This document shows positions 1 to 9,779 of a stretch of 64,000 bases of DNA, piece after piece. The notes under the pieces were generated by a model. That model had not been told where the DNA came from, searched no databases, and was given only the letters and a program-made list of their open reading frames with translations. The stretch is from a virus, in the IMG/VR virus record IMGVR_UViG_3300032282_004772. The stretch is one strand, 5' to 3'. The translations under genes and the position numbers were made by a program. Position 1 is the stretch's first letter; every line of letters begins with the position of its first letter.

Positions 1-1
1 G

Positions 2-148
2 AGTTATGAGCAGGCTATGTATTTTTTGGTGGAGGCGGTTCAATCGGCATACAGAAGAAACTCATTTACAATGGCCGAGTCAGAAGTGATTTCAAAATCA
101 ATAAGAACTCTGTCAAAACCTATTACACCAAAAGAACCCACTGAATAA
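2..148 (+). CDS. 3' end of hypothetical protein (truncated by window)
   Basis: Open frame SYEQAMYFLVEAVQSAYRRNSFTMAESEVISKSIRTL...TE* from the window edge to TAA at 146-148. Confidence 0.6.
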   Translation, partial: SYEQAMYFLVEAVQSAYRRNSFTMAESEVISKSIRTLSKPITPKEPTE

Positions 149-184
149 TTTTTTAAAAAAGTTTGTAGATTTAATTTTTATATG

Positions 185-192
185 TATCTTTG
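185..192 (+). promoter_or_regulatory. Bacteroidetes sigma-A type -7 element TAnnTTTG
   Basis: TATCTTTG with upstream TTTG, ~22 nt before ATG 215; same motif at 20852, 26069, 32581, 43652 (+) and 24949, ~29526, ~30545, ~31715, ~43612, ~45180, ~46913, ~55492, ~55630 (-). Confidence 0.75.
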
Positions 193-214
193 TAGAACAA
201 AATCAAATAAATCT

Positions 215-439
215 ATGAAAAATCTATTGTCTATCGTAATTGTAATTTGTTTTATGACCTCTTGTGCTCCAAAAGTAGTTCAACTAACCGATGGAAGAAT
301 GATTACAAAGAAAAAAGAGACAAGGATGATTCATAAAGCGATGAAAACCGCGTATAAAAGTTTGTCAAAAGACCAAAAACAACTTTTATTTGAAGATGTT
401 AATATTACTGTTGATACGCTTCATGTATCAGGAAATTAA
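215..439 (+). CDS. small lipoprotein
   Basis: MKNLLSIVIVICFMTSC lipobox signal; start moved to ATG 215, downstream of the promoter. Confidence 0.65.
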   Translation: MKNLLSIVIVICFMTSCAPKVVQLTDGRMITKKKETRMIHKAMKTAYKSLSKDQKQLLFEDVNITVDTLHVSGN

Positions 440-1662
440 ATTAATTTGAATATTTCGTCTTTCTTAACTCTAGTTGATTGTTTATTAAAGTAAAAGTCAA
501 TTGGCATTAAAGCTTTAAGAGACCCATCATTATTTTTTATTACTTTCTTTTTCTCAATAAGATAATTAATATATCCATCTAAAGTTCCTGTACCTGTTGT
601 AGAGTAGTATTTTATTTGTTTTATACTCCCTGTTGTTCCACTTGTGGTTCCACTTGTAGTTTGTCCTGCGGCATTTGGTTCTTCATCACCGGCATTCGCC
701 TTTTCTGTTCCTTTTAGTATTGGGTTTCCGCATGGGTCTAAAACTAAAATAACTTTAGGTCCGTGTTCACCTCTATCCGCTCTAATTTCAGGGGTACATC
801 CATCATATAAAACAGTACTTCCTTTTGATACTTTAACCCTTGGAGTACTAGAATGGCAATCACCTTCTTTATTTTGACAAACTGTTATTATTTCAATGTT
901 TCTTGGGGTTTCTCCTATAACTTGCTTTGCCAATTCATTACTAACTTGTAATGGACCACTTGTTCTTGCACCGCCATCTTTCTTGTTGTTTAAATTTGCG
1001 ATACCAATTTTTGTTTGATTTAAATATACATCAAATAGGGCCGCATCACAAATATGTCGTTTACCACAAAGTTGTTTTGGGTCATAATAAACCTCAATTG
1101 TTAGTCCAACAATACATTCTGCGGGCGCTTGTATTTTTAATTCGACCTTAACAAATCTTTCTGTACTATATTGTTGTGATTTTGTAGGGTCATTCAAATC
1201 TTGAGGTCCCTTATATTCTGTTTGTCCTATTACAATCTCAGGAGCTTCGAATATTGGCATCTTGTCAATGTTTTTATTTGTAATCAAAGTTTCAAAATAT
1301 TTTGACAAATATTGTTTCATAGTCTCAGCTCGTTTTTGAGACAAATATCCTTGACCTACTTGTACTTTTGGTGATACTTCAGTATCATAATTTGTAACCT
1401 GTGATTCTCCTGCGGTTATTTTAATATAAACCACACTACCTTTATTTGCAATTAAAAATCTTGCGGCATTTTCAAGTTGTGGATTTATTTCATTTAATCC
1501 TTGTTGTGATATACTTTTCCATTTACCATTATCAAAAAAAGTTTGTCCTTGTATGGTTATTTCTTGTCGAGCCCCAGTAGGTTCATCTTCTTTTAATAAC
1601 CCATACATAGAAAGAATATCATTTCTTTCCTCTTCAGTTATTAAAAATCTTTTATTTTTCAT
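436..1662 (-). CDS. probable virion protein with OmpA-C-like domain and N-terminal leader
   Basis: LITEEERNDILSMY leader; FFDNG...LSQKRAETMKQYL...ERFVKV resembles the OmpA-like peptidoglycan-binding fold. Confidence 0.55.
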   Translation of the reverse strand: MKNKRFLITEEERNDILSMYGLLKEDEPTGARQEITIQGQTFFDNGKWKSISQQGLNEINPQLENAARFLIANKGSVVYIKITAGESQVTNYDTEVSPKVQVGQGYLSQKRAETMKQYLSKYFETLITNKNIDKMPIFEAPEIVIGQTEYKGPQDLNDPTKSQQYSTERFVKVELKIQAPAECIVGLTIEVYYDPKQLCGKRHICDAALFDVYLNQTKIGIANLNNKKDGGARTSGPLQVSNELAKQVIGETPRNIEIITVCQNKEGDCHSSTPRVKVSKGSTVLYDGCTPEIRADRGEHGPKVILVLDPCGNPILKGTEKANAGDEEPNAAGQTTSGTTSGTTGSIKQIKYYSTTGTGTLDGYINYLIEKKKVIKNNDGSLKALMPIDFYFNKQSTRVKKDEIFKLI

Positions 1663-1671
1663 CACTTAATA

Positions 1672-1679
1672 TATAAATA
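1672..1679 (-). promoter_or_regulatory. putative phage late promoter TATTTATA
   Basis: Octamer recurs on the sense strand shortly upstream of >20 starts, e.g. 5249, 6441, 11551, 15562, 24171, 24464, 27918, 30171, 36937, 40152, 48730, 55179, 57248, 62311, 62655 (-) and 19714, 31855, 32663, 40791, 48993, 53125, 59189 (+). Confidence 0.75.
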
Positions 1680-1700
1680 TCAAGATTTATTAAAATACGT

Positions 1701-1733
1701 AAAAAAAAAAGGAGACAATTTCTTGTCTCCTTT
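1701..1733 (-). terminator. intrinsic terminator after the major capsid gene
   Basis: AAAGGAGACAA-tttc-TTGTCTCCTTT hairpin followed by a U tract on the minus strand. Confidence 0.85.
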
Positions 1734-1753
1734 GTTATGATTTTAAGAATTAA

Positions 1754-3574
1754 TTATCTTAACTCTCTTAAATCGAATGTACGAACACCGTCCACTTGAA
1801 TACGTCCATAGAACCTGTTGTTCACCATTTTCTTAGCGTATCTAGTCATGATACCTTTGATTGGTGTAAAGTTAAATGGATTGTACATTGTAGGTGTTAA
1901 TTGTAGAGGTACATACGGAGCGTAGATGTAACCTGTGTCTAACAATGACGTACCTTTGTGTCCCATTAACACTGTGTTAGGTGGGAAATAAGGGTCACGA
2001 TAAACTTGGTAACGACCAGCTAAAGTACCTACTCTCTCAATACCCATGTTGTATTGGTCTTGCTCAGGTGAAGCGTTAGAAACGTGGAAGTATTCTAAGT
2101 CATCAAAGATAGCACTAATTTCAGATGATACAACAATCCAGTTAGCTCCACCACGAAGTGTTGACTTGTGAATTTGAGCAGATACTTGGTTGATTGCAGT
2201 AATCAATGTCTGATTCCAATCCTTCTGAGTATAAGAAGTTGTTTGAGATAATCTCTTCCATCCGTTGTAATCCCAACGTAATGTCCAAGCTGCACCTTTA
2301 CGTAAGTCACGTAAAATTTCACGGTCGATTTCAGCCGCCACTTGTTCAGACAATAAAGCCGTTAATTCAGCCTCAGCGTCGATGTTGTGGAATGCCGCAA
2401 CGTCCTGTGCTAATTCAGGTGACCATTGTGCTCTAAGTTTTCTTTCTGTAACAGAAACTGTTACTGACTCAAGGTCAAAAGAAACCTCACCAATTTTATC
2501 TTCAAACTCAAGTTCTTCATAACGTCTGTAAACAGCCGTGAAAGAACCTGTAGTTGCTACCGATGTTACACTTGTTCCAGTGTATCCGTCTAAAGAATCT
2601 GCTCCACAAGAAGCACATACAGGACACTGTAAATCTACTTCAAGGTAGATACATCCATCAGCTCCACAGATGTCGTAGAATTTACCACCATTTCCTGTAG
2701 AAGCGAAGTTAGTTTGATTCCATTGTCCATACTGAACAATACCTTTACCATATTGTTGTGTAACAACACGGAAAGGAAGTGCCGATGCAGTAAGGTCAGT
2801 ACATCCTGTTGCTGCATCTAATCCTGATGCCGCAATGATATAAAGGTCAGAAAGAAAAGCTTCAGAATCCATTTCATTACCGTCAGGTCCGATTAATTTA
2901 CCAGCACCTGTGTCAGCAAATCCACACATTTTGATAAGGATTTTTCTTACGTTTTTACCATCATATTCACCATCAGCATCAACTAATGAACCACCACTCC
3001 AAACCATAACAGTTGTATCAGAAGTGATAGCTGACCAACGACCTTTTGAATAATCAAAAAGACCTGCTGGGTCTAATGTAGGTTCAGCACCTTCATAGAA
3101 TAAATCATAAAGATTTTTCTTGTAATAGTTAGAACCACCGCCTGCAGGATATCCAGCATCTGGGTCTCCAGGGTAGTTACCAGGAGAACCTACAGGAGCG
3201 TAATGTTCACCTGAATAGTAAGTGTCAGCACTTACATAACCTTGGATACGTGGAACGAAGTAGAACAATTTACCGATAGGTAAGTTCATAGCTTGTACCG
3301 ATACGATATCGTTAGCTAAAAGTTTAGAGAATACCCTTCTTACGATAGGGAAAACTACTGTTTCAAACGAACCAGATGAATCTGTCGCTGAAGCTTCGTT
3401 GATTAAGAACGATGCTTGGTTTTCATATAACTGAGCAATGTTCTCTTTTAAGTGACCTTTAAGACCCTCAAGGAATCCTAATCTGTCCCATTTGTTAATT
3501 GTGTCTTCTTTGATAACCTTAAGGTGTTTCAAACCTATATTACCAACAAGACCGCTTTCTAATAATGCACCCAT
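1754..3574 (-). CDS. major capsid protein, T4 gp23-like
   Basis: RKLRAQWSPELAQDV...DAEAELTALLSEQVAAEIDREI, YAPYVPL, GIMTRY motifs; VSVQAMNLPIG. Confidence 0.97.
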   Translation of the reverse strand: MGALLESGLVGNIGLKHLKVIKEDTINKWDRLGFLEGLKGHLKENIAQLYENQASFLINEASATDSSGSFETVVFPIVRRVFSKLLANDIVSVQAMNLPIGKLFYFVPRIQGYVSADTYYSGEHYAPVGSPGNYPGDPDAGYPAGGGSNYYKKNLYDLFYEGAEPTLDPAGLFDYSKGRWSAITSDTTVMVWSGGSLVDADGEYDGKNVRKILIKMCGFADTGAGKLIGPDGNEMDSEAFLSDLYIIAASGLDAATGCTDLTASALPFRVVTQQYGKGIVQYGQWNQTNFASTGNGGKFYDICGADGCIYLEVDLQCPVCASCGADSLDGYTGTSVTSVATTGSFTAVYRRYEELEFEDKIGEVSFDLESVTVSVTERKLRAQWSPELAQDVAAFHNIDAEAELTALLSEQVAAEIDREILRDLRKGAAWTLRWDYNGWKRLSQTTSYTQKDWNQTLITAINQVSAQIHKSTLRGGANWIVVSSEISAIFDDLEYFHVSNASPEQDQYNMGIERVGTLAGRYQVYRDPYFPPNTVLMGHKGTSLLDTGYIYAPYVPLQLTPTMYNPFNFTPIKGIMTRYAKKMVNNRFYGRIQVDGVRTFDLRELR

Positions 3575-3597
3575 TGTGTATTTTTTTTTAGTTTAGT

Positions 3598-5229
3598 TTA
3601 TTTAATCATTTTAGACATTAAGTCTTTCATTCTCATGAATTGAGGATTTTCGTATGTTTTTGACTCAATTAAATTAGCAGCTGAACCTGAAGATGGAGTT
3701 CTTTCCATTTTTTCTTGAAGTGACTCCTTCACTACAGTTGCACTGCCCTGAGATGATAACTCGTCTTTTATTGTTTTGTAAAGAGATTTAGACTCTTTTA
3801 AAGATTCAACCGAATCAAATCTTCTTAAGATGTTGATTTTTTCTTGCTTAGTTGTAGAATGTTCAGTAAACAATCTTGTTGCATATGCAAGATTTGAGTT
3901 AAATACCGCAACTTCAGTCAATTTATCTCTGAAAACATTTAATGCTTTTCTATATTCCTCATTTCTTTCTCTTAGAATATTTAATTCATTATCAACATTT
4001 TCAACACGTAAATGACGTGGAGCTGCTTTTGGTTTTGGTAAACCTTTCTTTCCAAAGAATTTGCCTGAACCTAGAGTTCTTGAAGCCTCAGCAGTTTCAC
4101 CACCTTTTTTAACTGGTTTCATTGTCATTTTCTTAACCTCTTTGTATTCGAATTTTGGTTTACCCATTCCAACACCTTTTGGTTTAATAGACTTCATTCC
4201 TTCTTTAGTTTCAATCTTTTTGGATTCTGTGGTTTCTTTTTCAGTAACTCCGTGTTTTAAAGTTTTAGGATATACCTTTTTAGGTTTACCCATTCCAACA
4301 CCTTTTGGTTTGAATCCTTCTTTTGTTTCAAATTTTATCGCTTCGGCGACCCTTGACCACGTTTCGTCCATGTCTTCATCCATTTCTTCGTCCATGTCTT
4401 CATCCATTTCTTCGTCCATGTCTTCATCCATTTCTTCGTCCATATCTTCGTCCATATCTTCACCTAATTCGATTTCATAAACGATTTCGTCATCGTCAAA
4501 CATTTCGTTATCATCATCGGATGTGAAAATATCAGAGAAATCAACTGTCTCTCTGCTCCAAGGTTTCATTTTTTTAGAGTCTTTGCCTAAAGGTTCGTCA
4601 CCATCTTCATAATATTGTTCATCCATGTCTTCTTCTAATTCAGAATTTTCCATGTACTCTTCTAAACCTTCTTCAGTTGGTTCAGAATCATTAGCAAGAC
4701 CACCCTCAGCAGAAGGTAGACTTTCGCCCAATGAAATTTTATAATGAACATCTTCATTTTCATCGTCTAAATCGATTGTGTCTCCGTCTTTTGTAACAAT
4801 GATTCCGTCCTCATCTTTCATTCGTTTGAAAACTTTTAATACTTCTTCAGGAGAAGCATTTCTCAAATCAACATAAGAATCGTCATCATCAGACATCATA
4901 CCCATATCTGACATATCCATGTCAGACATATCGGACAAATCATCTTCATCATCGGATGGTAATTCATCATCTGTATCCTCTAAATCAGTATCCTCTAAGT
5001 CTTCGTCACCGATTTCGGTTTCGTCCTCATCTTCTTCAAGAGAGTTATAAGAGTTATCCAATTCAAGGTCAGAATCTTCTTCAGTTTCAGTCAATGACTC
5101 TTTTACTAGTTCGCCGATTTCTTCCTTCATAGTTGAAGCAAGTATTCCTTTTGCATTTTCAGCAACTACTGTTTCCAAACTTTTCATTTGGATTAGTGCC
5201 TCTTCTACAAGATTTTGTTTTTCTGCCAT
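3598..5229 (-). CDS. prohead core scaffold protein, gp22-like
   Basis: Acidic and coiled-coil, many L/I-x-E sites, between protease and capsid genes as in T4. Confidence 0.8.
   Translation of the reverse strand: MAEKQNLVEEALIQMKSLETVVAENAKGILASTMKEEIGELVKESLTETEEDSDLELDNSYNSLEEDEDETEIGDEDLEDTDLEDTDDELPSDDEDDLSDMSDMDMSDMGMMSDDDDSYVDLRNASPEEVLKVFKRMKDEDGIIVTKDGDTIDLDDENEDVHYKISLGESLPSAEGGLANDSEPTEEGLEEYMENSELEEDMDEQYYEDGDEPLGKDSKKMKPWSRETVDFSDIFTSDDDNEMFDDDEIVYEIELGEDMDEDMDEEMDEDMDEEMDEDMDEEMDEDMDETWSRVAEAIKFETKEGFKPKGVGMGKPKKVYPKTLKHGVTEKETTESKKIETKEGMKSIKPKGVGMGKPKFEYKEVKKMTMKPVKKGGETAEASRTLGSGKFFGKKGLPKPKAAPRHLRVENVDNELNILRERNEEYRKALNVFRDKLTEVAVFNSNLAYATRLFTEHSTTKQEKINILRRFDSVESLKESKSLYKTIKDELSSQGSATVVKESLQEKMERTPSSGSAANLIESKTYENPQFMRMKDLMSKMIK
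4363..4461 (-). repeat. 24-bp tandem repeat encoding (DEEMDEDM)n in the scaffold
   Basis: ttcgtccatgtcttcatccatttc repeated three times plus degenerate 12-bp copies. Confidence 0.9.
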
Positions 5230-5395
5230 TTTTGGTTTTTATTTTTTATATAAATATTTCCAAATAACAAAAAAGTATGATTTTTGCATATTTGCAATCA
5301 AAACTTTTTTATTACCTCATTTATTTTGAAATTTTTGAACTTTTTATATATAAAAAAAATTCATAGTTTCTAATAGAATAAATATTACTGAAAAT

Positions 5396-5423
5396 AAAAA
5401 AGGAGGGTTATGACCCTCCTTTT
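5396..5423. terminator. intrinsic terminator (possibly bidirectional)
   Basis: AAAAGGAGGGT-tatg-ACCCTCCTTTT. Confidence 0.8.
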
Positions 5424-5443
5424 GTTAAAAAATATATAATTTT

Positions 5444-5653
5444 TTATTCTATGACCTCATCGATTTTACTTTCAGATACTGATGTTATTCTCCATTCTTG
5501 GGAGAACCCTTCATATCTTTTTGTGATTTTAGCCTCAACATCAGTTACAGAATATCCTTTAACTAATTTTTCTTCTCTAATTTTTTTTATTTTTCCAGAA
5601 TCTTCATCTGGCATGGTGTACATGATTTTTGCGATAAAATATTTTTCGTCCAT
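5444..5653 (-). CDS. DUF4494-like small protein
   Basis: YFIAKI...KKIREEKLV.GYSVTDVEAK...ITSVSESKIDEV pattern typical of Bacteroidetes DUF4494. Confidence 0.6.
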   Translation of the reverse strand: MDEKYFIAKIMYTMPDEDSGKIKKIREEKLVKGYSVTDVEAKITKRYEGFSQEWRITSVSESKIDEVIE

Positions 5654-5701
5654 AGTTTTTTATTTTAAATATAAAATAACCAAACTTAAAAGTCAAATAT
5701 C

Positions 5702-6430
5702 TTATTTACCTAAATAATCAGTTAATCTTTTCATTAAGTCAACGGACTTATCTATCGACTTAGATTCCATACCTGTTGTACGAGACATTTTAAATTTATT
5801 TTCTTCTTCTAAATTCTCATCATATTTTACTCTGTCATCAGGATTTAAAAACAAATAAGCACCAGGAGTAGACGGAGAAGAAACCAAGTCAAAACAAATT
5901 AACTCAAAATCATCCTGTACTTCATTTTGGTCGCCTTTTTTCGCTAAAGAACCAACACCTCTTGAAGATATACCTAATGTAACTCCTTGTCTTAAATAGT
6001 TCGCAGCCATATCACCTTTACATGATATAACACCTCTTTCATGAAACCCTGGTGAAGTTAAAAGTTTTAATTTTCCCATTAAAACATTTCCTTCCCACCA
6101 TACGTCTGTAATAACATGAGAAACTCTATCCAAATCAATCAATGAAGATTCAGGGTGATTTAATTCGGATAGAGCGGTTCCTTTCTTTATTGCATTTTTA
6201 TAATTTTCCGCCTCTCTTTTTAATATTTTTTCAGGGTATACCCTTCCATTTCTATTTGGAGTATTATATTTTTGTAGAACTGCGTAAAACTCAAATGGTT
6301 TTGAGTAATCTAAAAAATTTTTAGATTCTTTAATTACTTTAGAATTTAATTCATCGTTTGGTGATACATACCCTGCATCCCATTCAATTAACAAACCTTT
6401 TCCTATATCGTTTGGACCTAGTATATTCAT
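5702..6430 (-). CDS. prohead core protease, T4 gp21-like
   Basis: NRNGRVY, ALSELNHP, LGISSRGVGS, FDLVSSPSTPGA. Confidence 0.95.
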   Translation of the reverse strand: MNILGPNDIGKGLLIEWDAGYVSPNDELNSKVIKESKNFLDYSKPFEFYAVLQKYNTPNRNGRVYPEKILKREAENYKNAIKKGTALSELNHPESSLIDLDRVSHVITDVWWEGNVLMGKLKLLTSPGFHERGVISCKGDMAANYLRQGVTLGISSRGVGSLAKKGDQNEVQDDFELICFDLVSSPSTPGAYLFLNPDDRVKYDENLEEENKFKMSRTTGMESKSIDKSVDLMKRLTDYLGK

Positions 6431-6480
6431 TATTTTTCTTTATAAATAAATATACCTAATGTGGAGTATTGTAACTTATT

Positions 6481-6921
6481 TTAAACGATTTGTTTTTTTG
6501 TTAATGAAAATGTGAAATTTTGGTTTCCTCTAAATATATTTTTTACGACACCTGTGGTTATTTTTTTTATTGATGATTTAATTTCCTTTGACTTAAAATC
6601 TAATTTTGGATTCTTTACATAAAAATAGCATTCCAAATTTAAAAATGATTTTTTTCCTTTTTGTATCCCACTAGACCTTAAATCCAAATCTACTATAAAA
6701 TTTTCATCAAAAATTTCTTTATCTATATAATCTAAAATTGATATTTTTATTAATCTTGATAAATTATTTACAACTCTATTTGCGTTCTCTATTTCGTGTT
6801 TTGGCTCTGCCCAAGTTTGTATATTTAAATAAATTGATTTTAAATTTTTGGAATCGACTGTTCCATAATTAACTTTGTAAGTGCGATATCCTGATAGTTT
6901 CGAGCTCTTCCCTTTTTTCAT
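6481..6921 (-). CDS. hypothetical protein
   Basis: 146-aa ORF inside the head module. Confidence 0.7.
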   Translation of the reverse strand: MKKGKSSKLSGYRTYKVNYGTVDSKNLKSIYLNIQTWAEPKHEIENANRVVNNLSRLIKISILDYIDKEIFDENFIVDLDLRSSGIQKGKKSFLNLECYFYVKNPKLDFKSKEIKSSIKKITTGVVKNIFRGNQNFTFSLTKKQIV

Positions 6922-7019
6922 GCTTTTTCATATTGTTCACGTTTATTTTTTAAAAAAATAATCAATAAATGTTATCTTGTCAAAAAAATTTTGTAATATT
7001 GCCTATATAGGTATACAAT

Positions 7020-7208
7020 ATGTTAATAGTAAAAATAGAAAACAAACAGACTTTAGAAAAAGTCTTAAAAAATTTAAAAGGTAAGGTAATTAAAACTAAG
7101 CAAAATGAACAGCTTAAGGAAAGAAAAAATTATACTCCTAAATCCGTAAAAAAAAGAAACAATAAATTAAAATCGATTTATAGACAAAAATTTATAGATT
7201 TTCATTAA
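7020..7208 (+). CDS. rpsU: phage-encoded ribosomal protein bS21
   Basis: MLIVKI...LEKVLK..K.K..KT...QLKERKNY.PKSVKKR....KSIY54RQ; Bacteroidetes-type bS21 of 62 aa, antisense to the structural module. Confidence 0.85.
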   Translation: MLIVKIENKQTLEKVLKNLKGKVIKTKQNEQLKERKNYTPKSVKKRNNKLKSIYRQKFIDFH

Positions 7209-7902
7209 GTCCTTTTAATTTTAATAAAGATAATGAATCTACCTTATCAGATTTGATTTTAGTAACAGTTTCTTGAATTCTATTTTTAACTTCTAATTCA
7301 GATTCATTAGATATTTTTTCCAATTTTTCAATGACCATTTCACTTAAAAATTCATATCTTTGATTTAAATCATCTTGACTTAAAGTTGCATATTTTTGTA
7401 TCTCCTTTAATTCAGACTCATTAAGATTAGATAAATAATTTTTTAAAGTAGTATTTGCCACCTCAACCATTTTATTCAATGGAATTTTAATTGGTTCCGA
7501 TTTAGATTCTTTTTTTGTTAAATTTGAAATTATATTATTTTTTGCCGAAATAATATTTTCAACTATAAATGTATTCTTAGAAAACACTGTATCAATATCT
7601 TTATATTGGTTTTCACATTTAATTCCTTTTACCCAATTTTCAAGTCTTAATATTTTTTTTGGATTAACTTTAACTAAGTTATATAAACTTATTGATTCGT
7701 CTAAAAAGTCTTCAGCAAAAGATTCTTTAAATCCTTTTTCTTTGCTTAGCTCATTATAGAGATGATAAATTTTACTAATTTCTTTATCTTCTAAAACTAA
7801 CTTTTTAAAAGTTTTAATTTCTTTGTTGAAAGTTTTATTTTTATAAGATTCAACAAGTCTTGTCTCTATTTTTGATTTTAATAATCCGAATTCCATAGTC
7901 AT
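7192..7902 (-). CDS. hypothetical protein (head module)
   Basis: ORF downstream of portal, TATTTATT motif upstream. Confidence 0.7.
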   Translation of the reverse strand: MTMEFGLLKSKIETRLVESYKNKTFNKEIKTFKKLVLEDKEISKIYHLYNELSKEKGFKESFAEDFLDESISLYNLVKVNPKKILRLENWVKGIKCENQYKDIDTVFSKNTFIVENIISAKNNIISNLTKKESKSEPIKIPLNKMVEVANTTLKNYLSNLNESELKEIQKYATLSQDDLNQRYEFLSEMVIEKLEKISNESELEVKNRIQETVTKIKSDKVDSLSLLKLKGLNENL

Positions 7903-7919
7903 AAGTTTAATAATAAATA

Positions 7920-9743
7920 TCAACTTCTGAGTATTTTATTCAATTGTTCTTCCATATCGCCTAAAGAAGTTCTTGCTTTTGATAAATCGATATAAGAATC
8001 CTCTTCTAACATATCGTTAGACTCTAATAAAATATTCAAATCTCTCTTTGAAATTGACTCAGGGGTTACTCCCGCTTCACCTCCTGGAGGGGTTTCTCCT
8101 CCCGCTGGCGGGGTAGGACCTGAAGATGTTGGTGTTGCACCTGCAGGCTCACTTTCTCCTCCAACTGAGGTTTCTCCACCCGTTGTGCCTGATGTACTTC
8201 CATATAGTTTATCTATATTTGCAAATATTCCTGTTTTTTGAATAACATTAGGAGTATTCTCAAGTTCTTTAGCAACCGCTCTTTCTATTCTTTGTTGTTG
8301 TAAATCAAGTTTAATTTCTTCATCAGAAAATCCTAAAACATGTTTTTTAGCCCACGATGTAGATACAGGTGCGATTCCTTCAATTGCGGTAACTGCGTCT
8401 TTGTATAATAATATTTTTTCTTTCCAAACGTCAACTTTTAATAAATCTGCCTGAGTTGAAGGATTTGTTAATGATAATGTAAAGTTTGATAGTTCATCCT
8501 CAAATCCTAATAAGAATAAATGAATGATGGCAATCTTATTTAATTCTGCCAACATACTTTTTTGAATTCTATTTATAGTTCTTGCAAATCTAATATCTTG
8601 TAATGATAAATTTTTTCCATCTCCGGTTGTTTCTTCAAAACCTAAAAACGCCTTTGGTACTCTTAACGCGGTTAATAATTTCTTTTGAATGTATTCTATA
8701 TCGGCAATCTCAGATAAATTTTGAGCGCCAGGAAGAGTATCAATTGGGTTTGGTTGTGCCGGGTCTCTAACGGGAACAAAGTAGTCTTGGTCTACCGCCA
8801 TTTGATTAAACCTCAAATCAACATTACCTGTTTTATTGTCAACAACTTGGTCTCTCTTAAATTTATTTGCAACACGTTGTACATACGCTTCAACATCTTT
8901 GTCGTCCATATTTCCAACAAACACTTTAAAGATTCTTCTTTCAGGAGCTCTTGATGTTCTATAAATCAACATGGCGTCTTCCGAGAGTAACAATTGTTTC
9001 CAAATTCTTCTCGCCTTTTCTAGCATTGAAGTTCCATATGGAAGTTTTCTATCATCACCTAACAAACGGAAATGAGCGATTTCCCATGTGTTAAAATCCA
9101 TATCTCTATTTTTCCACGCAAATTTTAACGCCTTTTGTTCGGATTCATTTTTTTCCATATTGGTTTTACCCTTCATTCCTCTCTCAATCCTTTCTATCTC
9201 AATGTTAGGTAATTGCATACATCCGACAACACCTTTTTCAGGGTCTAATTTTAAGTAGACAAAGTTGTCACCATATTTACAAGTATTTCTTGTCCACATG
9301 GCTAAATTTGTATTAATATCTAATGAATTATTAAATAAGTCAGTTAAAACTGATTTAATACGTTTTGACTCTGAATATATCTGTAAAATATAACCATTTT
9401 GGTCTGCCGTTGTTGATTCCTCTGCGTATATATCCAAAGCAGCTGAAATCTCAGGAGTATATTCCATAGATTCATAATCATAATAAGATGCCAATCTTGT
9501 TGGCTCAAAATAAACACCTTGGGTATATAGATTATTTTCTACTTTAGTCCATTGATTCGCTAAATAAAAGGTTTGTTGAGCCTGTAATTTGGACTTTTCA
9601 TACTCTTGTTTGTTTGTGGTTTTAAGTAACTCTTTTCTATCGTATTTAAAAACAGGATAATCTTGTCCGAGTAAAGAATTTGGGCCAAAAGTTTGCGATA
9701 ACCTTTGCCAAATCGTTAAATTATTTTTATTATCTTCAGCCAT
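7920..9743 (-). CDS. portal protein, T4 gp20-like
   Basis: PEISAALDIYAEE, LSEDAMLIYRTSRAPERRIFKVFVGNM, DYFVPVR, IDTLPGAQNL. Confidence 0.95.
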   Translation of the reverse strand: MAEDNKNNLTIWQRLSQTFGPNSLLGQDYPVFKYDRKELLKTTNKQEYEKSKLQAQQTFYLANQWTKVENNLYTQGVYFEPTRLASYYDYESMEYTPEISAALDIYAEESTTADQNGYILQIYSESKRIKSVLTDLFNNSLDINTNLAMWTRNTCKYGDNFVYLKLDPEKGVVGCMQLPNIEIERIERGMKGKTNMEKNESEQKALKFAWKNRDMDFNTWEIAHFRLLGDDRKLPYGTSMLEKARRIWKQLLLSEDAMLIYRTSRAPERRIFKVFVGNMDDKDVEAYVQRVANKFKRDQVVDNKTGNVDLRFNQMAVDQDYFVPVRDPAQPNPIDTLPGAQNLSEIADIEYIQKKLLTALRVPKAFLGFEETTGDGKNLSLQDIRFARTINRIQKSMLAELNKIAIIHLFLLGFEDELSNFTLSLTNPSTQADLLKVDVWKEKILLYKDAVTAIEGIAPVSTSWAKKHVLGFSDEEIKLDLQQQRIERAVAKELENTPNVIQKTGIFANIDKLYGSTSGTTGGETSVGGESEPAGATPTSSGPTPPAGGETPPGGEAGVTPESISKRDLNILLESNDMLEEDSYIDLSKARTSLGDMEEQLNKILRS

Positions 9744-9779
9744 ATTGTAATTTTAATCAAATATTATTATTTATAAAGG

